Assembly (NCBI GenBank): GCA_965217865.1
Contig: CBDCJO010000002.1
Span: 3,712,001-3,776,000, forward strand
From: Candidatus Latescibacterota bacterium
Lineage (GTDB): Bacteria > Latescibacterota > UBA2968 > SICM01
Direction of reading: 5' to 3'
DNA length: 64,000 nucleotides
The translations under genes and the position numbers were made by a program. Numbering within the stretch: position 1 is the first letter of the stretch; every line of letters begins with the position of its first letter. This document shows, in pieces, positions 20,895 to 30,849 of this stretch. Under the pieces are notes generated by a model. The model was given only the letters and a program-made list of their open reading frames with translations. It did no database searches and was not told the origin of the DNA.

Positions 20895-21233
20895 CTAGAC
20901 GCCAAGGGCGGCGAGCGCTTCGGACCGGGACGTGTAGGTTGGGATGATCTTGTCGAAGCCACTAATCTCAAAAACCTCCTTGATGGAATCCGAAAGTGAG
21001 CAGACCATGCATTTCCCGCCCCGGCTCTGGAGCGTCTTGGCTACCAGAAGAATGACGCGAAGGCCCGCGCTGCTGATGTAGGAGAGAGCCTCGAAATCCA
21101 GGATCAAGACATGATCGTTCTCGCTGATTGTAGCTTGGAGCGCGTCTTCGAATTCACGAGCATTGGTGCCATCGACACGACCCTCCGCCCTAGCGATCAA
21201 GCTTCCACCTTCCCGATCGGCGTGAATCTCCAT
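20895..21233 (-). CDS. STAS anti-sigma-factor antagonist (RsbV-like)
   Basis: LDFEALSYISSAGLRVIL, VFEISGF. Confidence 0.9.
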   Translation of the reverse strand: MEIHADREGGSLIARAEGRVDGTNAREFEDALQATISENDHVLILDFEALSYISSAGLRVILLVAKTLQSRGGKCMVCSLSDSIKEVFEISGFDKIIPTYTSRSEALAALGV

Positions 21234-21289
21234 TGATCAGACTCCTTGGTCTTGCGGCCTGAACTCAAAGATTAGAGTCTTACAGTTAT

Positions 21290-21606
21290 GACTTCTACGC
21301 AAGAAGTTGTTTGTAGAAACGCTTTTCGCCGATGCCCGATTTGTCGCCAGCCACAAGCAGGATGGCCTTCCCCTTGAGGTCAAAGGCAGAAGGCGACCCG
21401 CCACACGCCGTCGGTGGCGTTAAAGCGAAGCTCTTTCATGTTGGCGTGGCGCGGACCCATTCAGAGTGTCCACCCGTGGACGGCCCAGAGACGGTCCGAA
21501 TGTCTCAAGAAGCTTTGCTTGAGCAAGTAGCTCATCCAGCACTGCGGGTGGGCAGGGCATCGAATTCCGAGTCGAAGGCCGGATCAAATCCGACTTCCCA
21601 GTTCAT
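21290..21606 (-). pseudogene. RelE/HigB (Gp49-like) toxin pseudogene
   Basis: Manual translation across frameshifts: MNWEVGFDPAF..LLETFGPSLGR..DTLNGS.HANMKELRF..WRVAF..AILLVAGDKSG. Confidence 0.75.
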
Positions 21607-21640
21607 GATTTAACAATATAGTCTAACCGTCATATACTAT

Positions 21641-21921
21641 CATACCTGTCCAAAATCGGTTTTTTCTTTGGACAGCATTTGGATCAGATAGGCGATTAAA
21701 GACCGTGCCCGAACCGCTAGGTCCTCTTCGAATCGCCTGAATCCCAGCTTTTCGGGATGTGTTGTGCAATGAAAGGCCCGATCTTTCGGACCATCCAGCT
21801 TTTGGACAGCATCTTTGGCCAGTGCAACCTGGATTTCAGTCTGCCAGAGGGCATTGTGTAAAAACAGTCACTTACTTGTCCAAAAAAGGCCAATTCTGAT
21901 TTATCTTGGACAGCAGTGATG
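21641..21921. mobile_element. 281-bp MITE, copy 1, 6-bp TSD TACTAT
   Basis: Ends CATACCTGTCCAAAAT / ATCTTGGACAGCAGTGATG; TACTAT on both sides; copy at 40212-40492. Confidence 0.85.
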
Positions 21922-22184
21922 TACTATCAAGGACATTTTTTCGACACTCCATCCTGGACCGGATCGTCTCCTGACCTCTTCTCCGGTAGGTATCCCAGCG
22001 ACAGAACCCTCGGTCCGTCCACGTGGGACCAGCCCGTGGGATGTTGGTCCCAACCGGCGCAAACCGGGTAGTCGCGACCACACCGGAGATTTGGATGGAG
22101 TTGTTTGCCAGCGACCGTGACTAGCTGGCGTTCCTGCCGGAGACCGATGCCGAGTTGGAATCTGGACTTCGAGGCGTTCGAAGT

Positions 22185-22443
22185 CCCAGGCTCGACGCAG
22201 AAGCTGTGTCGACTGGATCTGGAAGCACACGCCCGAAGGGGTGGCGTCAGTCCTCAACGCCTTCTCCGGCTCGGTGGTCGTGGCCTACATGTACAAGACC
22301 AGTGCCTCGGGGTCCTGGCCAACGACCGACTACGCTACTGCCACCACATCGCCCGGGCCATCATCGAAAACCGAAGCGTGTGCCTCGGTGACGAGGACCT
22401 GGAGACGCTCCTGGCCGACAACCCCAAGGCGGACACTTTCATT
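22185..22443 (+). pseudogene. DNA adenine methyltransferase fragment
   Basis: GSTQKL.DWIWKHTPEGVASVLNAFSGSVVVAYMYK..VLANDRLRYCHHIARAIIEN, frameshifted. Confidence 0.65.
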
Positions 22444-22444
22444 C

Positions 22445-22592
22445 GGCAGTACTCGGCTTTCAAACCGCTCTTCCAGACCCCGTACGCGAGGTCGCTTCAC
22501 CTCGATAGTGCCACCTGTCAGGTTCAGCTTTCGAGGCTTACCATACCCATTGCGATAACCAGAACGTCGTTCGTAAGGACATCGACCCAAAG
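22445..22592 (-). mobile_element. IS256 transposase fragment
   Basis: YERRSGYRNGYGKPRKL..GTIEVKRPRVR..FESRVLP. Confidence 0.8.
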
Positions 22593-22637
22593 TTGAGAGA
22601 TGCCAGCATCAGCAGAAAAGGCGGAGCTATCCACCCC

Positions 22638-23390
22638 TTAGAAGTGGGACTTCAGGTTCACGCTGATCCCGAACATTTCGATATCGCTGGTCTTGATTCT
22701 GCCCGACACGGGTTCACTTCCGTCGCGTCGCAGATTGGGAACGTGACCCCGCAGCGGGTCCCAGGTAACCCCGCTCATCACTGAAGAAACCGAAGTCGAC
22801 CCAGCGGGCCTTTCACACCAAGAGACATCGATTCCGTCAGCGCGTAATCAACACCAAATAGCACCTGATAGCCAACGGGCGTATCGCTGAGTTCGGTTTC
22901 TGCGACGCTGGCGGTTCCAGCCAGATTCTGGCGGATCTCGGATGCGTTAGGCAGACCGTCGCCCGTGGCGATCCCGTTCATATCGAAGTTCCTCGCACAG
23001 AGACCCCCATAGTCCATGTCGGTGAAACCGATCCCGCTACCGAACCCGAGATAGGGTGTGAAGCGGCTGTTGTTGACGAAGTCGAAATACAGATTTCCGA
23101 ACAAGTTATGCGCGGTGATGCTCCCGATCCAGTCCTGCGCTGTCACAATTTCTTGAACAAGTTTGTCGCCGCTCTCGCCCGATGCACTGGGGACATTGGA
23201 CCTCTGATCATACGCCGCGTTCCGGTAGAAGTACTCCAACTCCAGACGGAGCCGCCCCAGAACGTGGCCCGGGTATCTCTCCCGGAATCCATATCCCACC
23301 GCCGCTCTGGCCAGAACGCCCCAGGCCTGGCCCCGTCGAAATTGTTCGTCCAGTCTCCAGTCGACCCCCGATCCGGGCCCGTGCAGTTAT
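22638..23390 (-). pseudogene. Outer-membrane beta-barrel (opacity/OmpW-like) protein, truncated and frameshifted
   Basis: RLELEYFYR, NLYFDF..FTPYLGFG.G, GYQVLFGVDY; C-terminus GISVNLKSHF in a shifted frame. Confidence 0.7.
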
Positions 23391-23640
23391 AGTGCTCGTA
23401 TCCCGAGATTGTCGTGCGGCTTCTTACGTCGGACTTTAATGGAGATGGGATGGTTAATTTTGGAGACTATTTGCAGGCCCGTTCGGGGTAAGTCGTGGCG
23501 ATGGAAGGTCCGACAATCTCCATACCGAGTAAGGGCCAACTCACACTCGCCCGTTGCAAGCCAGCGGACAGTGGCTCCCCGGTTTCGTCCGAGTTCGGGT
23601 TTACCAAGTCGCCACGGGCTGCTGACCGCCGGACTTAGGT

Positions 23641-24894
23641 CTATAAATTGCAAGTCAAGTTCAACTCGATGAAGCTGTCGCGACGTGTCGCATAGGAAAA
23701 ATCCACTTTGTCGATACCGAGAAGGGCGACCGCCTCTAGGTGCAGAGACCACCGATCCGAGATGCGCCGGTTCAATTCAAAAGTCAGTACACGTGTAGCA
23801 GTGTCAGCGTCTTCCATAATACTGGTGAGAATTTCGGTGCTTTGGACATCGTTGACCGCGAAGCGCGCGGCAAGGAAGAGATCGTTCTGGAAGATATTGG
23901 TCGCATTTCGGCCCCGCCCATCGTAATTCCACTCGCTGAGCAGGCTGAGATCGACAGCCGAGCCCAATACAGAATAGAACGTGTATTCGCCACCAAAAGC
24001 GGAAGCAGCGTAATCCTCTTCCCAGCCGAGACGGTTTCGGGCTCTGGATCGCCGAATAGCCTCAAGCTTGAACAACCAGGAGCCAGCAGTCAGCTGGGCA
24101 TCCAGTCCAAACTGGTGGATCTGCTCATAGTACGGTACCAAGGCGGGCTCGCCATTACGGTCCCCGTCTATCAACAGAAAAGGATCCCGGCTGGTGCCAT
24201 CGAATACGCTTATACCCACATCGATGGGTCCGAAACTGCGGCTGTAGCGGGCGGCGAGATCCAGATGCCACTGCTCGGCATCACTCTCATATGAAACCTG
24301 CTCATTGTCCACCACGAGCGGGAGGCGAAGGCGGCCAAAGCGGCCGGGAAAGGTGCGAGCGCGGTGGTAGGTCAGACCAAATATTTCCGCCGCGCCCCAA
24401 TCTCCGGACCATGTGATCTGGGCCATGGGTTGGCCCAGCTTGGGCTCCTTGTATGGGTGTTCCACCAAGTCGATCTGGTTGATGATATTCACTAGGTGGC
24501 GTGATTCGGTAACTCCCCAGAACACCTGATCGACGCCCAGGTGTAGCTCCCATTCATTATTGCCGATTTCGCCGAACAGCAGAAGATAGGCTTCACGCAG
24601 ATCGGCATGGGTGCGGCGTGGGTCCCCGCCGTCGTAGCGAAAGAACGGCGCCAGAGTGAAACTTCTACCCTCGACGTCTTCAAGATAGAGTTTGGGTGCG
24701 GCGACAAAACCGCTCCCATGCGAGCGCTGGCCGGAATAAGCGCCGGTTTCGGGATGCCATCGGCTTTCGACACTCAAGCGCCCGGAAAACTCGTGTTTGA
24801 CGATCTCGGCACGAACCCCGACGGGAAAGACCGAGGCCAAAATCCAGACAGCGACGAGCGGCGCGTAGCGAAGAGCAACACGGAGCAGCATCAA
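23641..24894 (-). CDS. Predicted outer-membrane beta-barrel protein (partner of LolA-like gene)
   Basis: Signal peptide, DLREAY, VFWGVTES, WLFKLEA; overlaps the upstream gene. Confidence 0.7.
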   Translation of the reverse strand: MMLLRVALRYAPLVAVWILASVFPVGVRAEIVKHEFSGRLSVESRWHPETGAYSGQRSHGSGFVAAPKLYLEDVEGRSFTLAPFFRYDGGDPRRTHADLREAYLLLFGEIGNNEWELHLGVDQVFWGVTESRHLVNIINQIDLVEHPYKEPKLGQPMAQITWSGDWGAAEIFGLTYHRARTFPGRFGRLRLPLVVDNEQVSYESDAEQWHLDLAARYSRSFGPIDVGISVFDGTSRDPFLLIDGDRNGEPALVPYYEQIHQFGLDAQLTAGSWLFKLEAIRRSRARNRLGWEEDYAASAFGGEYTFYSVLGSAVDLSLLSEWNYDGRGRNATNIFQNDLFLAARFAVNDVQSTEILTSIMEDADTATRVLTFELNRRISDRWSLHLEAVALLGIDKVDFSYATRRDSFIELNLTCNL

Positions 24895-25526
24895 CGAACC
24901 CGTTTCAGCCCCGTTCGGGTGAAGTCACGGTCGTTGAGCTTGGTTCGGAATTGAAAATCCGTCCGGGTCAGAACGGTGCTTTTTCCGGTGAGATGATTGA
25001 TCATCATCATCTCGCCAGCCTGCCAGTAACGCTTCAGATACTGCTCGTAGCTCCCCAAGGTGAGCGTCTTCAGATGCGCGTCCTTACGGTCGTAGTACTC
25101 CACTTTCCAGACCCGTAGCTCGTCCCGGTCTTGCCATACCAGTTGGCGGCGGTACCCCGATCTCTTATCCGTCGGAACGCGTTCGGAGACCGTGCACATC
25201 AAATCGCCGCAAGGCTCGTCACGCAGGTACCGGTAGGTGAATTTCTCCACTTCCTGGGCGGTCAGGTCCTCATAAGCGAACTCACTACCCATGAAGGAGC
25301 CGGACCGGTTCGACGAACTGATGCGCTTGACTCGTTTCAGACCGGGTAGATAGAGCCACTGATCGTCCGCTTTGTCCCTGTGGGAATGGACGAGCAGCGC
25401 GGTCCCCTTGACATCGCGCGGCTGATCGAAGACGAACATGCTCTTGTCGCCGTCTCCGGCGACCTCGAGCACCCTCACGCGGAGTTGGCGCCGACTCTCC
25501 TGCCCCTGCTTGTTGCGCAGCACCAT
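24891..25526 (-). pseudogene. Outer-membrane lipoprotein-sorting (LolA-like) protein, 5'-truncated
   Basis: PRDVKGTALL, DDQWLYLPGLKRVKRISS, SFMGSEFAYEDL; no signal peptide left. Confidence 0.8.
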
Positions 25527-25569
25527 GACCAGGGCCTGCCAGAAACAACTGTGACCGACGCTTTAGGTT

Positions 25570-25940
25570 TGATGCAACGCTCCTGTCACGGCGCGAAGTG
25601 GTTTCGAGAGGGAGCCGACACGCCGTCATTTATGTATGAGGTTTGGGGAGAGCGCGAGCGGGAACACGGCCTACACCGCTATTTCGGAGGAATGGTCGTG
25701 TGCTCCGGCCGCCGATTGCTTGTCAGGAAAGAAGACTTGGCTGAGTTCCTCCACACGGAGGGGCGTGATTTAATTGCAGACATAGGAATAACGCGATGTG
25801 ACCAACGCGGATCAGGACCGTCATATGATACGGAAGACACAAAGAGGGCCGTCTTCGACCGGCTCCTCCTCCTCAAGCGCTCCGGAGCCGTCGAAGCTGC
25901 CGAGCGACGTTTTGACGCTGGGCGCTCGGATTGTTCGTGA
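25570..25940 (+). pseudogene. Avs3a-like STAND protein C-terminal fragment
   Basis: W..GRRLLV..L.EFL...DLI pattern, overlapping the start of an Avs3b-like ORF. Confidence 0.5.
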
Positions 25941-26098
25941 ACTCGGACTTGGGCCGAGTGGAGACACGCTCGGGTGCTGGATGGCCCATCACCTAGCCGA
26001 GGTGATGCAAGAGGCTGAGAGCGCTGAAGGAGGCAATAAAGAGTTGGCACGTGAGCGGGCGGTCGATCTGATCCTGAAGCTCTGGTCGCACAAGCGAA
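25798..26098 (+). pseudogene. Avs3b-like anti-phage protein N-terminal fragment, cut by IS3
   Basis: VLTLGARIVRELGL..DTLGCWMAHHLAE..LILKLW. Confidence 0.65.
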
Positions 26099-26150
26099 TG
26101 TATCTATTCTGAGATAACAAGAGAAAAGTAGATAAAGGTCCAAGCAAGAT

Positions 26151-27182
26151 TCAGGCAGCCTTGTGGATGGTCTGGGATGTTCTTTGCCGATTGATTTCTA
26201 TGCGGCGCTGCCGAGCCTCCTCCTTTCGACCTTGTCGGTGGTGAAGAATCTTTTGATGCTGGCCTTTATGCCTCTGAAGAGGCGTGACATACTGTATTGC
26301 CCCGTGATAGCGTTCGGCGTTGTAGCTGTGAATGAAGGAATCAATCAGGCCTTCCAGTTGATGGAATGTGAAGATGTCCTGGAAGCGCAGCCAGTCGTAT
26401 TTGAATGTCCGGAAAAAGGCTTCGATCCAGGCGTTGTCCGTGGGTGTTTGATATCGGGCAAACAGCTGCGAGATGCCCAGGTCCTTGAAGAATTGGGCCA
26501 TCGATTTGGCCTTCATCTGAGATCCGTGATCTGAGAGGGCTGTCAAGCTTATGGGCCCAGTGTCCAGGTCCAGCAGTCCTTCGTTGGCAAGGGCTTGATC
26601 CCAGGCCTGTTTGACCTGCTCCACGGTCGCGTTGAAGGAGAGCTTCCATCCTACGATTTTCCTGGAATACACGTCGAGAATGGCGGTAAAATACAGGAAC
26701 AAACCGAAAAATGGGATGTAGGTCAGGTCCCAGCTCCAGACCTGATTAGGACCTTCAGGTTTGACCTGGGGCTTGCTCTGCTTGACCGGCGTCCTCACCT
26801 GTTTCCTGCGTGCCAGACGTTCTTTCCTGGCCTGTCGGTAGAAGCTGGAGGCCGAGGCCTGCACTACCCCCTTCTCTGAGGCTACCACCGCCAGCTGATG
26901 GGGAGGCAGATCGGCATAGGTCTCATCCCTTAAGAGGGCCGGGATTTGCTCTTTCTCCTCCCTCAGCAATCCGTGTGGGGCCTTATCAGGGGCGGGCCCG
27001 GGCTTCCCATCCAAAAGCGGGTCCGACACCCCATCCAGCTTCTCTTCTCGATCTCGCCGGCTCCAGGCACAATACCGCTGGAGGGGAAGCTGTAGGATCT
27101 CGCAAGAACGGGTGAGTTTCACCCCTTTCTCCTTGGCCCGATGGACCATTAAGAGGATCTCGCGTTTGACCTCAGCTTGCAC
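26151..27182 (-). CDS. IS3 OrfB DDE integrase
   Basis: 343 aa with rve motifs. Confidence 0.9.
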   Translation of the reverse strand: MQAEVKREILLMVHRAKEKGVKLTRSCEILQLPLQRYCAWSRRDREEKLDGVSDPLLDGKPGPAPDKAPHGLLREEKEQIPALLRDETYADLPPHQLAVVASEKGVVQASASSFYRQARKERLARRKQVRTPVKQSKPQVKPEGPNQVWSWDLTYIPFFGLFLYFTAILDVYSRKIVGWKLSFNATVEQVKQAWDQALANEGLLDLDTGPISLTALSDHGSQMKAKSMAQFFKDLGISQLFARYQTPTDNAWIEAFFRTFKYDWLRFQDIFTFHQLEGLIDSFIHSYNAERYHGAIQYVTPLQRHKGQHQKILHHRQGRKEEARQRRIEINRQRTSQTIHKAA

Positions 27183-27205
27183 CCGGTGGCCCTTGATCGG
27201 GCCTG

Positions 27206-27541
27206 TCAGATCCCATTCACACTTTTTTTTAGCAGGGAAAGTTCCACAGATTGCTCAATGATCGTTTGCTCCAGGCGTGCCCGCTCTTTGCGCAGCTGCT
27301 CCACCTCCTCAGCCGATACCATCGGCTTGCGGCTCCGGCGACCCTTGAACTCCTTGAGGGCCCCGGACTTGACCGACTCACGAATACGCTTTAGATCCGA
27401 GGAATGAATGCCCCATTTCCGCAGCACCTGTGCAATGGGAACATCTCCCCGGCTGGCTTCAAGGAAAATCTCATACTTCTGTTCCGGGGACAAGCTCCTG
27501 CGCTTCTTGACCGGGTCACTGTTTGAGGACAGTTGCTCCAT
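27206..27541 (-). CDS. IS3 OrfA
   Basis: Identical to 3684-4019. Confidence 0.85.
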   Translation of the reverse strand: MEQLSSNSDPVKKRRSLSPEQKYEIFLEASRGDVPIAQVLRKWGIHSSDLKRIRESVKSGALKEFKGRRSRKPMVSAEEVEQLRKERARLEQTIIEQSVELSLLKKSVNGI

Positions 27542-27663
27542 CTTTACTCCTCCTGTGAGGTCAGGGATATCCCAAAATATGTATCCCTTCTCAACCCTAC
27601 AGGCAACCAGGATCTTGCTTCGACCTTGCCCCCGTTTTTTCGGGCGATCTCAGACAAAAGATA

Positions 27664-27812
27664 AACCGTCTTGCTTATCGACGAACCGGAGCGCCACCTC
27701 CACCGATCCATCATTGAGCCGTTTCTGTCGGCACTGTTCGATCGACGCCAGGATTGTGCGTTTATCGTATCGACACACGAGATCGCCTTGCCGGTTGCCA
27801 ACCCGAAGGCGC
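27664..27812 (+). pseudogene. AAA/ABC ATPase internal fragment (defence-type)
   Basis: VLLIDEPERHLH..FIVSTHE. Confidence 0.7.
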
Positions 27813-27848
27813 GCGGGACGATCCCCGGAAACTGGCCCGCCTACCGGC

Positions 27849-29117
27849 TCAGGGGCTGTATACGTAGACCACCGGCAGCTTGGAAACGTCGGTGACGCTC
27901 CTGTCCGTGTGGTGGTAGATGTTCATCCGTCCCGTGCCGCAGTCGCCGAACCGGTCGCAGGATAGCGTCCCGACCAGGCCGCTCATAGCGGTTGCCCCCA
28001 CCTGCTCGCGCAGTGCCGCCCGGTCTATGTGCAGCCTGTCACCGTCCTCCACGGCAACGGCCTCGATGGCAGAGAGGAGGATGGTGGTCGCATCGTAGGC
28101 GTGCGCCCAATAGGGTGACCCGGGGAACCCGCCGTGCCTGGCTTCGAACGCGGCGAGAACCTGCTCCCCGCTCCGTCCTGTCACCTCGTTGACGTTTGAG
28201 TGAAAGTCCGATTCCGGCCCCGCGAAATAGATCCCCTCCGACTGTGGCGTTTCCAGGAACGCGGAGACCAGCAGCGCGGCCGCTGAAATCAGGGTCGTCC
28301 CTTCAAGCCCGTCGAAGGCCCGGGCCTGCGCGGCAAAGGCCGATCCCTCCGTGATGAACAGCGGGAAGAAGATGGCGTCCGGGCCGGCGACCGCGAACTG
28401 CTCCAGAACCTCCGTCATGTCGGTGTCACCCTTCTCGATTTCTGCCTGGGCCGGCACTTTGCCCCCGAGGGCCGAAAACGCGTCGGCGAACGCCGCCACG
28501 AGGGCGGACGTGTAGGGGTCGCCGTCGTGAACGGTGGCCACGCTCTGCAGCTCCAGCTGGTTGTAGATGAAGTCCGAGAGGGCGCGTGCCTGGTGGAGAT
28601 CGTTGGACGCCACGCGAAAGTAACCGGCGTGATAGTCGGGGTTCGCGTTGCCGGCCAGGTCGGAGGTGAGCCGCGGCGAGGTGTTGCTCGGCGAAATCAT
28701 GACCAAGCCCGCGTCGCTGATGACGGGCGACGCCGCCACGGCCGCGGCCGAGCAGTTTGTTCCGATGACGCCGGCCACCTGCGGGTCCCCGATGATTCCA
28801 AGCGCACCTCCGCGGCCGCCTTCCGGCGAACAACTGGTGTCAATCGGATCGCCCATGTCGACTTGGCGCCCGTGAACGGGACCCATGTCCTCGACGGCGA
28901 ACTCGGCCCCGTGCCGGGACACGGCCCCCAGCGACGGCGCGACCGTGACCGAAAGCAGCATGCGGATCCGCACGGCCTCGCCTGCCTCCAAAGTGACCGC
29001 ACCCAGCGGCCCGGGCTCGAATTCCGGCGGTGGCGGTGTGGTTGGACTTCCTTTGCATCCCGGCGTCGCAAGAACGGCGATCAGCGCCGCGACGGAAAAA
29101 ACGATGCGCTTTTGCAT
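27849..29117 (-). CDS. Branched-chain amino-acid ABC substrate-binding lipoprotein
   Basis: Lipobox TPGC; IGTNCS, SPSNTSP, FRVASND, AHAYDA. Confidence 0.85.
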   Translation of the reverse strand: MQKRIVFSVAALIAVLATPGCKGSPTTPPPPEFEPGPLGAVTLEAGEAVRIRMLLSVTVAPSLGAVSRHGAEFAVEDMGPVHGRQVDMGDPIDTSCSPEGGRGGALGIIGDPQVAGVIGTNCSAAAVAASPVISDAGLVMISPSNTSPRLTSDLAGNANPDYHAGYFRVASNDLHQARALSDFIYNQLELQSVATVHDGDPYTSALVAAFADAFSALGGKVPAQAEIEKGDTDMTEVLEQFAVAGPDAIFFPLFITEGSAFAAQARAFDGLEGTTLISAAALLVSAFLETPQSEGIYFAGPESDFHSNVNEVTGRSGEQVLAAFEARHGGFPGSPYWAHAYDATTILLSAIEAVAVEDGDRLHIDRAALREQVGATAMSGLVGTLSCDRFGDCGTGRMNIYHHTDRSVTDVSKLPVVYVYSP

Positions 29118-29136
29118 GAGACCGACTCCTTCTTTT

Positions 29137-29392
29137 GGTAGTGTCTCAGTTTGAATTGCGGGGAGCGTAAGTTTTTGGACGGTTCGGCTTTGATGCTCTT
29201 GCGTCGATCAATCCTACAATCCACTTCATATCGCGAAGGGTACCGGTAAGCCCGGCCGACATGGCGGGAGTCATGCGAAGTGATTTGTGAATCCGAACGA
29301 AGTTGTAATATACGAAGTAAAGGCTCAGCATGTGAAGATGGTTCTCAAGCTTCTTGCTGAAGGCGTTGGTTAGTCTGGTAAACCTTCGCATT
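29137..29392 (-). mobile_element. IS1-family right end plus transposase C-terminus
   Basis: MRRFTRLTNAFSKKLENH..YYNFVRIH..TPAM; IR GGTAGTGTCTCAG. Confidence 0.85.
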
Positions 29393-29677
29393 TGTCCATC
29401 CCGCTTTTCCGACCCGCACTCGAGCCGTTTCCAGAATCTTCCCGTTGACATCCACGCCCACAACCTGACCTGCCGGACCAACCAGTTCAGTTGCGGCCAG
29501 CGCCACGTCTCCGGCACCACTTCCGATATCGAGGACCCTCATCCCGCTGACCAGGCCCGCCTCCTTGAGAAAACGCCGGGTCAGACCCTCATACAGCCGC
29601 GACTGCCGAATCAACCGGTCCGTCTCCTCCCGGCTGCGACCCATCGTATATTTCGGATCGTCGTCCGGATTATTCAT
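29392..29677 (-). pseudogene. Class I SAM methyltransferase N-terminal fragment
   Basis: GMRVLDIGSGAGDVA..VVGVD. Confidence 0.8.
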
Positions 29678-29696
29678 ATCACTCCCGGGTGGCCCC

Positions 29697-29820
29697 TCTA
29701 ACCGTCATATACTACCAAGGACATTTTTTCGACACTCCATCCTGGACCGGATCGTCTCCTGACCTCTTCTCCGACACTTTCAGACGGTCACCGGTAGGGT
29801 AGGTATCCCAGCGGCAGAAA
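29697..29820. repeat. Empty-site paralogue of the MITE insertion locus (21623-22003)
   Basis: CTAACCGTCATATACTAC-CAAGGACATTTTTTCG without the MITE. Confidence 0.85.
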
Positions 29821-30037
29821 GGCCCTCCATCTCACGAATGAGCGCAGCTGCTTCCCGCCGCTCGGCGATCGCCGCGGCGGTGAAAAGACCGTGTTTGAAG
29901 GCGTTCGTGTTACCGACCGGTGCGCCGGGCGATGCTCCCCCGTGCATCCGGCAACGACCGTTCGTCATCGCGGGTGACCGGCACGGCATCCCGCTTCTCG
30001 TCCTGGCGCCGCAACGCGGGCTCCGGTGCATGGGCAA
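29780..30037 (-). CDS. HGGxSTG-domain protein (C-terminus probably chimeric)
   Basis: RCGARTRSGMPCRSPAMTNGRCRMHGG. Confidence 0.75.
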   Translation of the reverse strand: MPMHRSPRCGARTRSGMPCRSPAMTNGRCRMHGGASPGAPVGNTNAFKHGLFTAAAIAERREAAALIREMEGLSAAGIPTLPVTV

Positions 30038-30040
30038 GTG

Positions 30041-30619
30041 CTATGCAGGGGGTTGTTCCTCCGATTTCGTGCGATCCCTCCCCTGTGTTTCGACCATGCC
30101 GACCACTGCCTGCCCACCCGCGTGGACGTACACATGCTCGACCGTCACCTTCTGCTGCCCCTTGCCGCGATGCTTGTCGAGGGCCCCCAGCAGGGCCGTC
30201 CACGTTCGGGATAGCCTGTTCGCCTGGTTCAGGTTCTCGTGCCGCCCCACGAAGGTCTGCTCGACGTGCATGGCGCGGCGATAGCACTCCATCGCGGCGT
30301 TGTGGGCGGCGATCAACTGCGCCGCCATCATGCCCTCCAACTCGTCCCTCGGACCGATGCTGGCCAGCGCGGCGCCGGTGGCACTGATCTGCTGTATGTG
30401 GGTCTCGGTCTCGGAGTTCCCGGTCCAGAAGGACTGCGCCGCCTGATTGAAGAGCAGGTTGTTCCAGTGATCGGAATGCGAGCCGCCGATGGTCTTCAAC
30501 ACGTCTTTACGGTCGTCCGGATCGTTGACGACGACGTTCATGACCTTATCTCCCCTGGCGGATATCCTTTTGGTTATGGGTGAATGCCCCTTTCCTTTGG
30601 CGGATTTCCTTTTAGTCAT
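30041..30619 (-). CDS. Conserved hypothetical protein upstream of the HGGxSTG gene
   Basis: PRDELEGMMAAQL.A.HNAAMECYRRA..RGKGQQKVTVEHV.VHAGGQAVVG. Confidence 0.75.
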   Translation of the reverse strand: MTKRKSAKGKGHSPITKRISARGDKVMNVVVNDPDDRKDVLKTIGGSHSDHWNNLLFNQAAQSFWTGNSETETHIQQISATGAALASIGPRDELEGMMAAQLIAAHNAAMECYRRAMHVEQTFVGRHENLNQANRLSRTWTALLGALDKHRGKGQQKVTVEHVYVHAGGQAVVGMVETQGRDRTKSEEQPPA

Positions 30620-30798
30620 GGGTGAATGCCCCTTTTCTCGATACCCATCGCCGACAGCACGGCGACGGCCTCGGCGGTTCGGACTGGGTGTGAACGGTTG
30701 TGCCCCGTTGTATTCCGGGTGGGCGGGGTTCGCTGGTGTGGCGGAGATACAAATGACGCGGGTCCTTCCCCGGCCTTCGCACTTGAAGGCGACCTCGA

Positions 30799-30827
30799 TA
30801 TATAGTGCACGGATATATATCTGTCAA
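30799..30827 (-). promoter_or_regulatory. Sigma70-like promoter upstream of 30619
   Basis: TTGACA-17bp-TATATA. Confidence 0.55.
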
Positions 30828-30849
30828 CCACAAGTCGGTTCGAGCCCAT

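Larger units (their letters stand above)
26099..27663 (-). mobile_element. IS3-family element, copy 2
   Basis: Same ends as copy 1; both ORFs intact. Confidence 0.9.
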
